DNA of 64,000 nt, taken from assembly GCA_016927555.1 (NCBI GenBank), contig JAFGML010000021.1:9508-73507 (forward strand). Reading direction: 5' to 3'. The position numbers were made by a program, and so were the translations under genes. The notes under the pieces are model-generated. The model did no database searches and was not told the origin of the DNA. It was given only the letters and a program-made list of their open reading frames with translations. Shown here piece by piece: positions 63,901 through 64,000 of the stretch. Origin of the DNA: Thermoplasmatota archaeon. GTDB taxonomy: Archaea; Thermoplasmatota; E2; DHVEG-1. Each line of letters opens with the position of its first letter. The stretch's first letter is position 1.

Positions 63901-64000
63901 ATGCAGCGAACACCCTGCGAAGTCATGATGTGGAACGGCCTTCCTGCCATCCGAAAAGAACTCGCAATAATCATGATCAAAGAATTTGGTCTCAACCAAC
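63901..64000 (+). CDS. Partial CDS (3' end beyond the window), possible archaeal HTH regulator
   Basis: MQRTPCEVMMWNGLPAIRKELAIIMIKEFGLNQ resembles the N-terminus of archaeal XRE-like regulators (LPAIR motif). Only 33 codons are visible. Confidence 0.3.
   Translation, partial: MQRTPCEVMMWNGLPAIRKELAIIMIKEFGLNQ

Noticed and set aside
1-64000. CRISPR arrays, rRNA genes, prophage or defence-system genes
   Set aside because: Scanning both strands showed no regularly spaced direct repeats, no rRNA-like conserved blocks, and no recognisable cas, restriction-modification, toxin-antitoxin (beyond one weak HicA-like pattern) or phage structural genes.

Overview
The window looks like archaeal chromosome. 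Evidence: two archaellin genes, class III (prepilin-like) signal peptides, MptA, Taw3, TATA-like promoters, and heavy use of GGAGGTGA-type Shine-Dalgarno sites. I support about 70 CDS, one tRNA-Thr(GGU), one nonsense-interrupted ORF and a few RNA or regulatory candidates. I saw no rRNA, CRISPR array, transposase or integrase.

Layout:
- 1-25.5 kb: secreted cysteine peptidases (C10, C25, C1), two orphan archaellins, transport and cofactor or tRNA-modification genes, and a zur-znuABC locus.
- 25.6-34.7 kb: a tightly packed 16-gene minus-strand array. It encodes Mrp/NBP35, two MinD-ferredoxin ATPases, two NifX/NifB-like proteins, an IscU-like protein, an AhpD-like protein, three Gly/Arg-rich DUF5320-like proteins, an MBL-fold protein, radical SAM, a methyltransferase and OsmC. 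A divergent Lrp-like regulator with a 4-Cys tail faces it.
- 34.8-60.9 kb: a phosphate island. It holds pit plus DUF47, two AbrB-PhoU regulators, pstS-pstCA-pstB-phoU-arsC, and a second, highly aberrant Pst set.

The most unusual feature is the second Pst set. Its PstS carries a pilin-type class III signal peptide and two EF-hand-like loops. Its 1122-aa PstC-PstA fusion carries a roughly 340-aa extracytoplasmic insertion. Its pstB is separated from pstS/pstCA by a type IV pilus/archaellum-like assembly module. I read this as a candidate bindosome-like phosphate-capture apparatus.

Other observations: a TCTATA(T/G)A motif recurs in the island's intergenic regions, two genes seem to need non-canonical AUH start codons, and there are candidate ncRNAs. 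Every functional call rests on motif recognition by eye. No database search was run.
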